Assembly: GCA_948465965.1 (NCBI GenBank)
Contig: CAOJYR010000002.1
Coordinates: 5,839-69,838 of the forward strand
Direction of reading: 5' to 3'
Source of the DNA: an uncultured Mycoplasmatota bacterium
Lineage (GTDB): Bacteria > Bacillota_I > Bacilli_A > RF39 > UBA660
Length of the DNA: 64,000 nucleotides
Part shown: one piece after another, positions 9,115 through 18,291 of the stretch
Layout of the letters: each line of letters starts with the position of its first letter
How positions within the stretch are numbered: position 1 is the first letter of the stretch
The notes under the pieces: model-generated
Databases searched by the model: none
What the model saw: only the letters and a program-made list of their open reading frames with translations
What the model was told of the DNA's origin: nothing
Position numbers and translations under genes: made by a program

Positions 9115-10767
9115 ATGAGTAAAATAAAAATATTTAGTTTAGGAGGACTAAACGAAAATGGTAAAAACATGTATATAGTTAATGTTGATAGAGATATATA
9201 TGTATTTGACGCTGGACTTAAATATGACAATGATATCAATTTAGGAATAGACTATATTATTCCAAACTTTGATTATTTAATAAAAAATAAAAAGAATATA
9301 AAAGGAATATTTTTAACGCATGGACACGAAAGTAACATGGGAGCTGTACCAGATATTTTAGAAGCTATTCCGAACATAAATATATATGGAACTAAATTAA
9401 CATTAGAGATGGTAAAAAAAGATTTAACAAAGGAACAAATTGCTAAATCAAATTTTAAAGAAATAAGACCTCACGCAAAAATAGAGTTTGGTAAAAACTA
9501 TATTTTCCCAATTAGTGTGACTCACTCTATACCAGATGCTTTATGTTATGTATTATACACAAAAGATGGGGCTATCGTCTATACAGGAGATTTTGTTTTT
9601 GATGCAACTATGACTGGAGCATATAAAACTGATATTGGAAAACTAGCATATGTTGGTAAGCAAGGTGTTCTATGCCTGTTATGTGAGTCTATGTATGCCG
9701 AAAAGCAAGGACACACAAGCCCTAATAACCGTGTTTCAAGTTTTATTAGAGAAGTATTACATAAAAACGAAAATAGAATTATTGCTACCATTTTTCCAGC
9801 ACATTTCTATCGTATTCAAGAAATATTCAATGAAGTATCAAAAACAAATAGAAAAATAGTAATTATGGGAAAAAAATTACAAGAAACAATCAATAAGGCA
9901 ATAGAGAACAACTATTTAACTATTGATAAGAAAAAAATAGGAAGTCTAACTGATTTAGAGGTAAAAGATACAGTAATATTAATATCTGATGAGAAAGAAA
10001 AACCATTTGCGAATTTAGAGAGAATAATAAAAGGGTATGATAAGTATATCAAGATTAAAGAAACAGATACAATTTTCATCACTGAGCCAAGTTATCCAGG
10101 AATAGAAAAAAGAACTGCTGTTATAATGGATGAAATAGCTATGCTGGGAGCAAATGCAGTAAGTCTATCAAATAAAAAACATTTATTACATCATGCATCA
10201 CGTGAAGATTTAATGCTAATGATTAACCTTATGAATCCAAAATATTATTTCCCAGTAAAAGGAGAATACAGAAATCAATATGCTAATGCTGAAATAGCTG
10301 AAGAATTAGGTATACCAAAGGAAAATATTATTCTAAAACAAAATGGAGATGTTGTTGAATTTATCAAAGGAAAATTAACAAATAATCGTGAGCATATAGA
10401 AGTAGATCAAATTCTAATTGATGGAAAAAGTCAAGGAGACATTGGAAATTTAGTTTTAAAAGATCGTGAAATGCTAGGTGAAAATGGTATTGTTATAATA
10501 AGTTGTACATTAGATAAGCAAACCAAAAAAATTATTGGTGGGCCAGAAATACTAACAAGAGGATTTGTCTACGTAAAAGAAAGCCAAGACCTGCTGGAGG
10601 AAACAAAACGTTTGTCTCGTGAAGCGATTGAAGATAATATAGAAGAAAATGTAAAAAGAGTAGACTATTCAAGAATTAAAAATGAAGTAAGAGAAAGACT
10701 TGGAAAATTCTTTTATAAAGAAACAGAATCAAAACCTATGATTATAACAGTAATTCAAGAAGTATAA
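9115..10767 (+). CDS. rnj: Ribonuclease J family protein (metallo-beta-lactamase/beta-CASP), J2-like
   Basis: IFSLGGLNENGKNMY, VFDAGLKY, SVTHSIPDA, YTGDFVFD and a HHASREDL beta-CASP layout. 550 aa. Motif II reads HGHESN instead of HxHxDH. Confidence 0.9.
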   Translation: MSKIKIFSLGGLNENGKNMYIVNVDRDIYVFDAGLKYDNDINLGIDYIIPNFDYLIKNKKNIKGIFLTHGHESNMGAVPDILEAIPNINIYGTKLTLEMVKKDLTKEQIAKSNFKEIRPHAKIEFGKNYIFPISVTHSIPDALCYVLYTKDGAIVYTGDFVFDATMTGAYKTDIGKLAYVGKQGVLCLLCESMYAEKQGHTSPNNRVSSFIREVLHKNENRIIATIFPAHFYRIQEIFNEVSKTNRKIVIMGKKLQETINKAIENNYLTIDKKKIGSLTDLEVKDTVILISDEKEKPFANLERIIKGYDKYIKIKETDTIFITEPSYPGIEKRTAVIMDEIAMLGANAVSLSNKKHLLHHASREDLMLMINLMNPKYYFPVKGEYRNQYANAEIAEELGIPKENIILKQNGDVVEFIKGKLTNNREHIEVDQILIDGKSQGDIGNLVLKDREMLGENGIVIISCTLDKQTKKIIGGPEILTRGFVYVKESQDLLEETKRLSREAIEDNIEENVKRVDYSRIKNEVRERLGKFFYKETESKPMIITVIQEV

Positions 10768-10778
10768 AGGAAGATCCT

Positions 10779-11234
10779 ATGAAAAAATTCTTAGCAATTA
10801 TAACATTGTTAATAGTAACCATAGTAACGAGTGCATGTCAAAGTAAAAGTGGTCAATTAACTTGTAGCATAACAACTACTCCTAATGAAAATACAACACT
10901 TTCTTCTGAATATATCATCAATTACAAAAACAACTATGTAACAAAATTAAAAACAAAGGAAATAATAACCTCTGAAACGAAAGAAGATTTAGAAACCTAT
11001 AAAGAGGCATTAAACGCAGCTTATTCTAGCTATAATGATATTGAGTATTATTCAAATACTGTATCAATAGAAGATAATAACTTAATTAGCTCAACTATAA
11101 TTAATTATGAAAAAATTGATACAAATAAACTAATAGAAATAGATAGTAATAATCATTCATTGATTAAAAATGGAAAGGTCTCTATAAAAGACTTAAAAGA
11201 CATGTACATAAAAAATGGTTGTACCTGTAAGTAA
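10779..11234 (+). CDS. Lipoprotein of unknown function
   Basis: Signal peptide with lipobox IVTSAC. 151 aa. Confidence 0.6.
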   Translation: MKKFLAIITLLIVTIVTSACQSKSGQLTCSITTTPNENTTLSSEYIINYKNNYVTKLKTKEIITSETKEDLETYKEALNAAYSSYNDIEYYSNTVSIEDNNLISSTIINYEKIDTNKLIEIDSNNHSLIKNGKVSIKDLKDMYIKNGCTCK

Positions 11235-11260
11235 AACTTTAGCTATTGCTAAAGTCTATG

Positions 11261-11337
11261 TTCTCGTAGCTCAGTTGGATAGAGCAATCGCCTCCTAAGC
11301 GATAGGTCGGCAGTTCGAATCTGCCCGGGAACACCAT
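11261..11337 (+). tRNA. tRNA-Arg (anticodon CCU)
   Basis: Hand-folded cloverleaf. Acceptor GTTCTCG/CGGGAAC, D-arm AGCTCAGTTGGATAGAGC, anticodon loop CT-CCT-AA, T-arm GGCAGTTCGAATCTGCC, encoded CCA. Confidence 0.9.
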
Positions 11338-11379
11338 TGAGCAATCTATTCTAACTTTTGTTAGATTTTAACATATAGT

Positions 11380-11407
11380 ATCAACTTCAAAAGAAGTTGA
11401 TTTTTTG
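11380..11407 (+). terminator. Rho-independent terminator after tRNA-Arg
   Basis: ATCAACTTC-AAAA-GAAGTTGAT followed by TTTTTT. Confidence 0.6.
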
Positions 11408-11604
11408 CATTTAAGAAAAGAAAGGATAGACTTAGATGATTAAATTAAAAAATAAATGAGTAAATTGAACCATCGATTATATAATTATATTATCAACTAT
11501 CTCTTCTAAATATAGAATATAGAAGAAAAGAAAAATTTAAAATATTAGCAATTTACATTCGACCATTTTCCGTATATAATTAATTTAAGAGTTAGGAGAT
11601 TATT

Positions 11605-12258
11605 ATGGAATATTTAGATATTTATGATGAAAGTGGTAATCATTTAGGAAAAGAAGATAGAAATATCGTTCACAAAGATGCTTTATGGCATAATACAGTT
11701 CACTGCTGGTTATATGATCAAGAGGGGAATATTTATTTTCAAATCAGAAAAGAAGAACAAAAATTATATACAACAGCATCTGGGCATGTAAAAGCAGGAG
11801 AGAGTATCAAAGAAGGTTTTGGAAGAGAAATAGAAGAAGAAATAGGTATAAAAGTTGATTATGATAAAGCTGTCTTTGTAAATATTTATAAGTTTATAAT
11901 GGATAAAAAAAAGAAAGATGGAAGCCTATTTAGAGATCGTGCCTTTTCTAACGTTTATGTTTGTTCCTTTGAGGGATCATATGATGATTTCAATTTTGAT
12001 GAGGAAGAATTAACTGGTCTAGTTAAAATAAACGCAAAACAGACTTTAGAATTATTAAAAAAAGAGAATGGAAAAATAAAAGGTACAGTTATAAAAAAAG
12101 AAAGTGACAAAAATATCGCTAAGGAACAGGACATAGAATTTAAAAACTTTTTAGTAAATAAGGGAGAAACTGCTATTGATAAATATGGAGATGTTTTAAA
12201 GAAAGTAATTGAATTAACCAGTAAAAAAGGAACTATTCAAATAAATATAACAAAATAA
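11605..12258 (+). CDS. NUDIX hydrolase
   Basis: Nudix box GHVKAGESIKEGFGREIEEEIGI (GX5EX7REUXEEXGU). RBS AGGAGA upstream. Confidence 0.8.
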   Translation: MEYLDIYDESGNHLGKEDRNIVHKDALWHNTVHCWLYDQEGNIYFQIRKEEQKLYTTASGHVKAGESIKEGFGREIEEEIGIKVDYDKAVFVNIYKFIMDKKKKDGSLFRDRAFSNVYVCSFEGSYDDFNFDEEELTGLVKINAKQTLELLKKENGKIKGTVIKKESDKNIAKEQDIEFKNFLVNKGETAIDKYGDVLKKVIELTSKKGTIQINITK

Positions 12259-12362
12259 GTAACCAGATAGAATCTAAAGCAAAAAAATACAAATAAAAAA
12301 ATCAAATTATACTATTGAACAAAAATTACATTTATGTTAAACTTATAATGTAATTTTGAAAT

Positions 12363-12439
12363 GGCCTGTTGGTGAAGTGGTTTAACACGCGCGCCTCTCA
12401 AGCTCGTATTCACGGGTTCGAACCCCGTACAGGCTACCA
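12363..12439 (+). tRNA. tRNA-Glu (anticodon CUC), slightly non-canonical
   Basis: Closely resembles Firmicute tRNA-Glu as I recall it (GGCC.GTTGGT.AAG.GGTT...ACGGGTTCGAA.CCCGTAC.GG..ACCA). Anticodon loop CT-CTC-AA. C29-U41 mismatch in the anticodon stem and a G1-U72 wobble. Encoded CCA. Confidence 0.75.
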
Positions 12440-12476
12440 TAGTAAGTAAGTTCAAAATAGTTGAACTTAATATACA

Positions 12477-12512
12477 AAAACCAATCTAAATTAACGATTG
12501 GTTTTTCTTTTT
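12477..12512 (+). terminator. Rho-independent terminator after tRNA-Glu
   Basis: AAAACCAATC...GATTGGTTTTT hairpin followed by a T-run. Confidence 0.5.
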
Positions 12513-12524
12513 TGTTCTTTACAC

Positions 12525-12541
12525 ATACCCTGATAGGGTAT
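12525..12541. promoter_or_regulatory. CsoR operator (ATACCCT-N3-AGGGTAT) abutting a TATAAT -10 box
   Basis: Perfect 7-3-7 inverted repeat ATACCCTGATAGGGTAT. Its last T is the first base of TATAAT (12541-12546). Matches the GC-core TACCC...GGGTA CsoR box type. Confidence 0.7.
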
Positions 12542-12563
12542 ATAATTGTAATAGGTGATAGAA

Positions 12564-12866
12564 ATGAAAGAAATATGCAAAAATTGTACTAGAAAAAAAC
12601 ATAGAACAGAAGAAGAAAAGAAAACATTGATTAAAAGATTAAACGTAATTGAAGGGCAAGTTAAAGGAATTAAACAAATGATTCAGGATGATAGATATTG
12701 TGATGATATTTTAATTCAAATATCTGCTATCAATAAATCTTTAAAAAGTTTAGGAACCAAAATTCTTAAAAATCATATGGAAACTTGTGTAGTAAAAGAC
12801 ATAAAAAATGATAAGTTAGAAGTAATTGATGATATTATAGATCTATTCAAAAAACTAAATAAATAA
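12564..12866 (+). CDS. csoR: Copper-sensing transcriptional repressor CsoR
   Basis: RLNVIEGQVKGIKQMI...RYCDDILIQISAI...H..C pattern of the CsoR/DUF156 family. ATG 12564 follows AGGTGA. The ORF-track start 12555 is GTG. Confidence 0.85.
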   Translation: MKEICKNCTRKKHRTEEEKKTLIKRLNVIEGQVKGIKQMIQDDRYCDDILIQISAINKSLKSLGTKILKNHMETCVVKDIKNDKLEVIDDIIDLFKKLNK

Positions 12867-12916
12867 AAGTTCTAAAGATGGAATAAAAAAAGGTACTATG
12901 AAAGGAATTAATACAC

Positions 12917-15145
12917 ATGAAAAAAGCAATTTTAAAAATAGGGGGTATGAGCTGCAGTGCTTGTTCCTCATCTCTTGAGAAGCATTTAAATAAGCAAAAA
13001 AGCATTATATCCGCAAGCGTCAATCTTGTATCGGCACAAGCACTAATCGAATATGAAGACAATATAACAATTAATGATTTAAATAATTACATTAAAAATG
13101 CTGGATTTATTAGTTTAGGAATATACAAAGCAGAAAAAGAAGAAGAAAAAAAGAAGAACAAAGAATTCCATACATTACTTATTTTTACCATTCTTTCAGT
13201 ACTATTCTTATATATATCCATGTCTCACATGATAGGGGTGCCAACTATACAAATACTAGATATGAAAAAACATCCCATTAATTATGCTATAAGTCAACTC
13301 GTTCTAACCATTCCATATCTTATATATGGTTTTGATATTCTAAAAAAAGGGATTATAAACCTATTTCACAAAACACCTAATATGGATACATTAGTTACAA
13401 TTGGAGTTATATCAAGTTTTATATTCAGTATTTATTCTACAGTTATGATTTTATTAAATCATGTTATCTACACAAAAAGTCTTTACTTTGAGTCTTGTGC
13501 AATAGTTATTTTCTTTATTAAACTAGGACGCTTTATTGATCAGAGAAGCAAAGAAAAAACACAGAGCGCAATAAAAGAGTTAGTTCAAATTACTCCAGAT
13601 AAAACCTTATTAAAAAAAGAGAATAAAGAAATGGAAGTGACACTAGACGAAATAAAAAAAGATGACATTTTAATTGCAAAACCAGGAATGAAAATAGCTG
13701 TAGATGGAATCATCATAAAAGGAATTACCCATCTAGATGAAGCGCTTATCACAGGAGAATCCGCTCCAGTAAAAAAGCAAAGAAATGATAATGTAGTAGC
13801 TGGCAGCATTAATTTAGATGGCTATATTGAGTATAGCGCCAAAAAAATAGGAAAAGACTCAACCATATCTGAAATAGTTAGATTAGTAGTAGAGGCAACA
13901 AATACAAAAGCACCAATCGCTCATCTTGCCGATAGAGTAAGTACATACTTTGTTCCCACAATCCTACTAATCTCTATAATAACATTTATAGCTTATCTAG
14001 TTTTAGGATATAGTTTTAGTTTTGCACTAGAACACTTCGTAACGGTTCTGGTAGTAGCATGTCCTTGTGCACTAGGCCTCGCAACTCCACTTGCAATTGT
14101 AGTAAGCGAAGGATTATGTGCAAAAAATGGAATATTAGTAAAAGCAAGTAAAACTTTAGAAAATGCGCATAAAGTAGATACAATAATATTTGATAAAACA
14201 GGAACTCTTACCTATGGAAATTTAACAATCGCGAGCATATTCAATTATAGTAACTATAACGAGAAAGAATTAATTCATATGGTTGGAAGCATAGAAAAAA
14301 AATCTACTCATCCTATTAGTAAAGCATTTATTAATTATATGAAAAAAAATGATATCCATATAAAGGAAGTAAATAATTTTAAAAATTTATCTGGTATTGG
14401 CATTTCTGCTACTATAGATAAAAAAGAAATTTTTTTAGGAAACAATAAATTAATAACTAAATTAAAATTAAAAAACACACATGAAAGTGATGAAGAAAAC
14501 TTAAAGAAACTAGGAAATACTATTGTCTATGTTATAGAGAATAAAAAAATAATTGCCTTAATTGGAATCAAAGATATCATAAGAGATAACGCAAGAAGTA
14601 CAATAGACAAATTAAGAAAGTTGAACAAAGAAGTAATAATGCTTACAGGAGATAATGAACAAGCAGCAAAAATAATTGCAAAAGAGGTTAATATTGATCA
14701 TGTTATCGCTGATGTATTGCCAAAGGAAAAAACAAATGTAATAAAAAAACTAAGCAAAGAAGGAAAAAAGGTGATGATGGTAGGAGATGGAATAAATGAT
14801 GCCCCTTCTCTTGCCACAAGCCTTATAGGAATAAGTGTTAATAGTGGTACTGATATTGCCACCAATTCCGCTGACGTAATTTTAATGACTGATAATTTAG
14901 AAAAAATAATTAACTTAATAACAATTAGCAAAAAAACAATAAAAAATATAAAGCAAAATCTTTTTTGGGCCTTTTTCTATAATATTTGTATGATCCCAAT
15001 CGCAGTAGGTATATTTGAAAACATAAATATTTCAATGAACCCAATGATAGCTAGTTTTGCAATGACAATCAGCAGTCTAACAGTTGTATTCAACGCCTTA
15101 AGACTAAAAAAAATAAAATTAGAAACGAGGAATAATAATGTTTAG
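12917..15145 (+). CDS. copA: Copper-translocating P1B-type ATPase CopA
   Basis: N-terminal HMA domain GMSCSACSSS, CPC motif (VACPCALGLATP), DKTGTLT phosphorylation site, GDGINDAP hinge. Confidence 0.95.
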   Translation: MKKAILKIGGMSCSACSSSLEKHLNKQKSIISASVNLVSAQALIEYEDNITINDLNNYIKNAGFISLGIYKAEKEEEKKKNKEFHTLLIFTILSVLFLYISMSHMIGVPTIQILDMKKHPINYAISQLVLTIPYLIYGFDILKKGIINLFHKTPNMDTLVTIGVISSFIFSIYSTVMILLNHVIYTKSLYFESCAIVIFFIKLGRFIDQRSKEKTQSAIKELVQITPDKTLLKKENKEMEVTLDEIKKDDILIAKPGMKIAVDGIIIKGITHLDEALITGESAPVKKQRNDNVVAGSINLDGYIEYSAKKIGKDSTISEIVRLVVEATNTKAPIAHLADRVSTYFVPTILLISIITFIAYLVLGYSFSFALEHFVTVLVVACPCALGLATPLAIVVSEGLCAKNGILVKASKTLENAHKVDTIIFDKTGTLTYGNLTIASIFNYSNYNEKELIHMVGSIEKKSTHPISKAFINYMKKNDIHIKEVNNFKNLSGIGISATIDKKEIFLGNNKLITKLKLKNTHESDEENLKKLGNTIVYVIENKKIIALIGIKDIIRDNARSTIDKLRKLNKEVIMLTGDNEQAAKIIAKEVNIDHVIADVLPKEKTNVIKKLSKEGKKVMMVGDGINDAPSLATSLIGISVNSGTDIATNSADVILMTDNLEKIINLITISKKTIKNIKQNLFWAFFYNICMIPIAVGIFENINISMNPMIASFAMTISSLTVVFNALRLKKIKLETRNNNV

Positions 15146-15368
15146 TAAAAAGATAAAGAAACAAATTATAATAGAAGGAATGGGATGTAAACAGTGTGCT
15201 ATGAAAATTGAAAAAGCATTAGACAACCTAGAAAGCATTACAAAAACTAAAGTTAATATAAATAAAAAAGAGGCTATAGTTACACTAAAAAAAGATATCA
15301 ATATTAATATTTTAAAAGAGGTAGTCGAAAATTTAGAATACAAAGTAATAGATATAAAGAATCTATAA
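15138..15368 (+). CDS. copZ: Copper chaperone CopZ-like HMA-domain protein
   Basis: GMGCKQCAMKIEKAL (MxCxxC) ferredoxin-like HMA fold. 76 aa. Overlaps the copA stop. Confidence 0.8.
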   Translation: MFSKKIKKQIIIEGMGCKQCAMKIEKALDNLESITKTKVNINKKEAIVTLKKDININILKEVVENLEYKVIDIKNL

Positions 15369-15420
15369 CACAAAAAATATTACACCATTTTACTAAATAC
15401 TATAAGGAGATAAATAAAAT

Positions 15421-15906
15421 ATGAAAAAGACAAACAAAGAAACAAGAGAGAAAAATAAGTATTTATTTTATAACGAAAATAGAAATATACTTTGTTTTAC
15501 AACTATTAATAGCAATAACAACAAAGAAATTCTAATACCAGGAACCCCGTCTTTCAACCCAAGCAATTTAGAATTCAATGAGAAAATCATTAATTTATTG
15601 TTAAATGGGAATGAAGTATTTCTATATAGAACAAAAGAAAATAGGCAAATATTTAATAGCAAGAATGGAAAACTGATAAAACAGGAACAAAAAACAGTTA
15701 GAAACTATTATTCTTGTTATAAGGAATCTGATGAAAAGGAGCAAGAAGAGATTTTAGAGCTATGTTACTTATATGACTTTATACCTGAATACTTTTCACT
15801 TGAAGAATTAATAAATACTAAGGATATAAGGAATGGGGATGGGTTAATAATGGATAGGAGTTTCTATGAACCACTAGAAGAATTACAAAAAAAGGTTAGA
15901 GTATAA
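15421..15906 (+). CDS. Hypothetical protein
   Basis: RBS AAGGAGA upstream. 161 aa, no recognised motif. Confidence 0.5.
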   Translation: MKKTNKETREKNKYLFYNENRNILCFTTINSNNNKEILIPGTPSFNPSNLEFNEKIINLLLNGNEVFLYRTKENRQIFNSKNGKLIKQEQKTVRNYYSCYKESDEKEQEEILELCYLYDFIPEYFSLEELINTKDIRNGDGLIMDRSFYEPLEELQKKVRV

Positions 15907-15927
15907 AAAATATTAATGAGGATGTAT

Positions 15928-16755
15928 ATGGAAAAATATAAAGAAATTGAAAGAAGTATAATTAAAAAATACCGTAAAGATATTTGGTCCAAATTTGTCA
16001 AAGTCGTAGCCGAATATGAATTAATTAAGGAAAATGATAAAGTAATGGTTTGTATCAGTGGAGGAAAAGATTCCTTCTTACTTGCTAAATGTATTCAAGA
16101 ATTAAAGCGTCATGGCAAGTTCAACTTTGAAGCAAAATACGTGATAATGGATCCGGGATATAATAAAAAAAATAGAATTAAAATCGAAAACAATGCAAAA
16201 AAATTAAATATTCCTATTGAAATATTTGAAAGCGATATTTTTAATATAGTTGAAAAAATAGATAAAAGTCCATGTTATTTATGCGCAAGAATGCGAAGAG
16301 GTTTTCTATATAGTAAAGCAAAAGAATTGGGATGTAATAAAATAGCCCTTGGGCATCATTTTGATGATGTGGTTGAAACAACTCTCCTTTCTATGTTTTA
16401 TGGATCAGAAATAAAAACTATGATGCCAAAACTTCATAGTGATAACTTTGAGGGTTTAGAGTTGATTAGACCTCTTTATTTAGTAAAAGAGGAAGCAATT
16501 ATTGCCTGGAAAAATTTTAATGAACTTGAATTTATTAACTGTGCTTGTCGCTTTACTGAGAACTATTCCAAAACAAATGATGGAACGAGTAAAAGGGAAG
16601 CAATGAAAAGTTTAATTAAAGAGTTAAGAAAAGATAACCCAAATATTGACTATAATATTTTTAAAAGCTTAGATAACATCAATATAGATTGTATTTTAGG
16701 ATATACAAAGGGCAAAGAAAAACATAGTTTTCTAGAAGAATATGATAAAAGATAA
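15928..16755 (+). CDS. ttcA: PP-loop ATPase of the TtcA / tRNA 2-thiocytidine family
   Basis: PP-loop VCISGGKDS. CxxC pairs SPCYLCARMRRG and NCACRF. Three in-frame ATGs (15916, 15922, 15928); 15928 has the best spacing to GAGGA. Confidence 0.75.
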   Translation: MEKYKEIERSIIKKYRKDIWSKFVKVVAEYELIKENDKVMVCISGGKDSFLLAKCIQELKRHGKFNFEAKYVIMDPGYNKKNRIKIENNAKKLNIPIEIFESDIFNIVEKIDKSPCYLCARMRRGFLYSKAKELGCNKIALGHHFDDVVETTLLSMFYGSEIKTMMPKLHSDNFEGLELIRPLYLVKEEAIIAWKNFNELEFINCACRFTENYSKTNDGTSKREAMKSLIKELRKDNPNIDYNIFKSLDNINIDCILGYTKGKEKHSFLEEYDKR

Positions 16756-16851
16756 AATGAACAGCAAAAATAGATAACTCGGCTAACTAAACGTAAAGTT
16801 TATTGTCAAAAAATAAGACTATAATTATAATTAAATTATGGAGGTAAAAAG

Positions 16852-17565
16852 ATGAAAAAGAAAGTTATAATAATTGGTTTAATATTTATGTCATTATTTA
16901 CATTAACAGCTTGCCATAAAGGAGAAGAAAAATTAACGGATGCAAAAAGATTTAAAGAAGAGTATGAAAGTTTAAATGATATAAAAAGAAAAAAAGATGG
17001 TAAAAAAATTCGTTCCATTACTATTTCAGATGATAATCCTTTTATTTATAAAGATGCTAGTGACATAGTAGATGCAATTAATAACAAAGAAACTTTTGTT
17101 GTATATTTTGGGTTTGCTGATTGCCCTTGGTGCAGAAGTGTAATACCAACTTTAATAGAAGTAGCCAATGATTTGGGTTTAGATGAAATCTATTATGTTG
17201 ATGTAAAGGATATAAGAGATATATTGGAAATAAATGATCAAGGAGAAATTTCCACGACTAAAAAAGGTAGTGCTGACTACTATAAATTATTAGAATTATT
17301 AAAACCAGTTTTAGAAGATTACAAGTTAACTGATAAAGACAATAACGAAATAGATACCAACGAAAAAAGGATATATGCACCAAATATAGTATCAGTAGTA
17401 CAAGGAATTCCTACTGAACTAGAAAGTGGTATTAGCAAGAAACAAACAGACCCATATATGAAATTAACTAAAGAGATGAAAAGAGAAACATATAATAAAT
17501 TCAAGTGTTCCATTAAATGTGTAGTAGAAAATAATACAACATGTACAAAAGATAAAGCTTGCTAA
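16852..17565 (+). CDS. Thioredoxin-fold lipoprotein
   Basis: Lipobox LFTLTAC. FGFADCPWCRS redox CxxC. Cys-rich C-terminus KCSIKCVVENNTTCTKDKAC. Confidence 0.65.
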   Translation: MKKKVIIIGLIFMSLFTLTACHKGEEKLTDAKRFKEEYESLNDIKRKKDGKKIRSITISDDNPFIYKDASDIVDAINNKETFVVYFGFADCPWCRSVIPTLIEVANDLGLDEIYYVDVKDIRDILEINDQGEISTTKKGSADYYKLLELLKPVLEDYKLTDKDNNEIDTNEKRIYAPNIVSVVQGIPTELESGISKKQTDPYMKLTKEMKRETYNKFKCSIKCVVENNTTCTKDKAC

Positions 17566-17630
17566 TGTATACAAAAAAGTTTAATGTGTATTATACTAAA
17601 TATAGTAGTGCTATAGATAGGAGCTAAGAC

Positions 17631-18089
17631 ATGAAATTGATTAAAAACATGGAAAAAGATATATTATTGCATGGAGCAGATATTATTAATTCAGAATATA
17701 TGCAATTAGAAAAAGGGTTTCTACAGCATGGTAAAGTAACTGTTTTTGAACATTCACTAAGAGTGGCTTGCCTTAGTATTTACATTGCTAAAAAACTAAA
17801 TATTAATGTAAATAAAAGATCTCTTATTAGAGGTGCATTATTACACGATTATTTTCTATATGATTGGCATATAGCAGACCCTAGTCACAGATTTCATGGT
17901 TTTATTCATGCAAAACGCGCTTTAAGTAATGCTACACGTGATTTTTCTCTTAATAGTATAGAAAAAGACATTATAAAAAAGCATATGTTTCCCTTAAACA
18001 TAACCCCACCAAAATACAGAGAAAGTATTATCGTATGTATTGCTGATAAAATTAGTGCCTTATGGGAAATGCTAAGTTATATTAGGTAA
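17631..18089 (+). CDS. HD-domain phosphohydrolase
   Basis: HSLRVA...LLHDYF...H motif series. 152 aa. Confidence 0.65.
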   Translation: MKLIKNMEKDILLHGADIINSEYMQLEKGFLQHGKVTVFEHSLRVACLSIYIAKKLNINVNKRSLIRGALLHDYFLYDWHIADPSHRFHGFIHAKRALSNATRDFSLNSIEKDIIKKHMFPLNITPPKYRESIIVCIADKISALWEMLSYIR

Positions 18090-18182
18090 ACTAGCATATA
18101 GAAATACATTAGTCATTTTAAACAAAAATAAAGAGGGTATGCTTTAAAGAAAATTAATTTTATTAATTTCTTTTTCTTTGTC

Positions 18183-18211
18183 TTGACAATGACAACTTGT
18201 CATAATATAAT
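18183..18211 (+). promoter_or_regulatory. Sigma-A type promoter of the tetR-ABC operon
   Basis: TTGACA (18183-18188), 17-bp spacer, TATAAT (18206-18211). The spacer is filled by the palindrome ATGACAACTTGTCAT. Confidence 0.55.
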
Positions 18212-18268
18212 GGAATAGCATGTGACAACATGTCATAATATAATGGAATAGCATGTGACAACATGTCA
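18190..18268. repeat. 33-bp tandem repeat (2.4 copies) carrying three phased TGACAAC(A/T)TGTCA palindromes
   Basis: Units 18190-18222 and 18223-18255 differ at 1 of 33 nt. A third partial unit starts at 18256. Palindromes lie at 18190-18202, 18223-18235 and 18256-18268. Confidence 0.85.
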
Positions 18269-18291
18269 TAACATAAGAAGGGATGATTATT

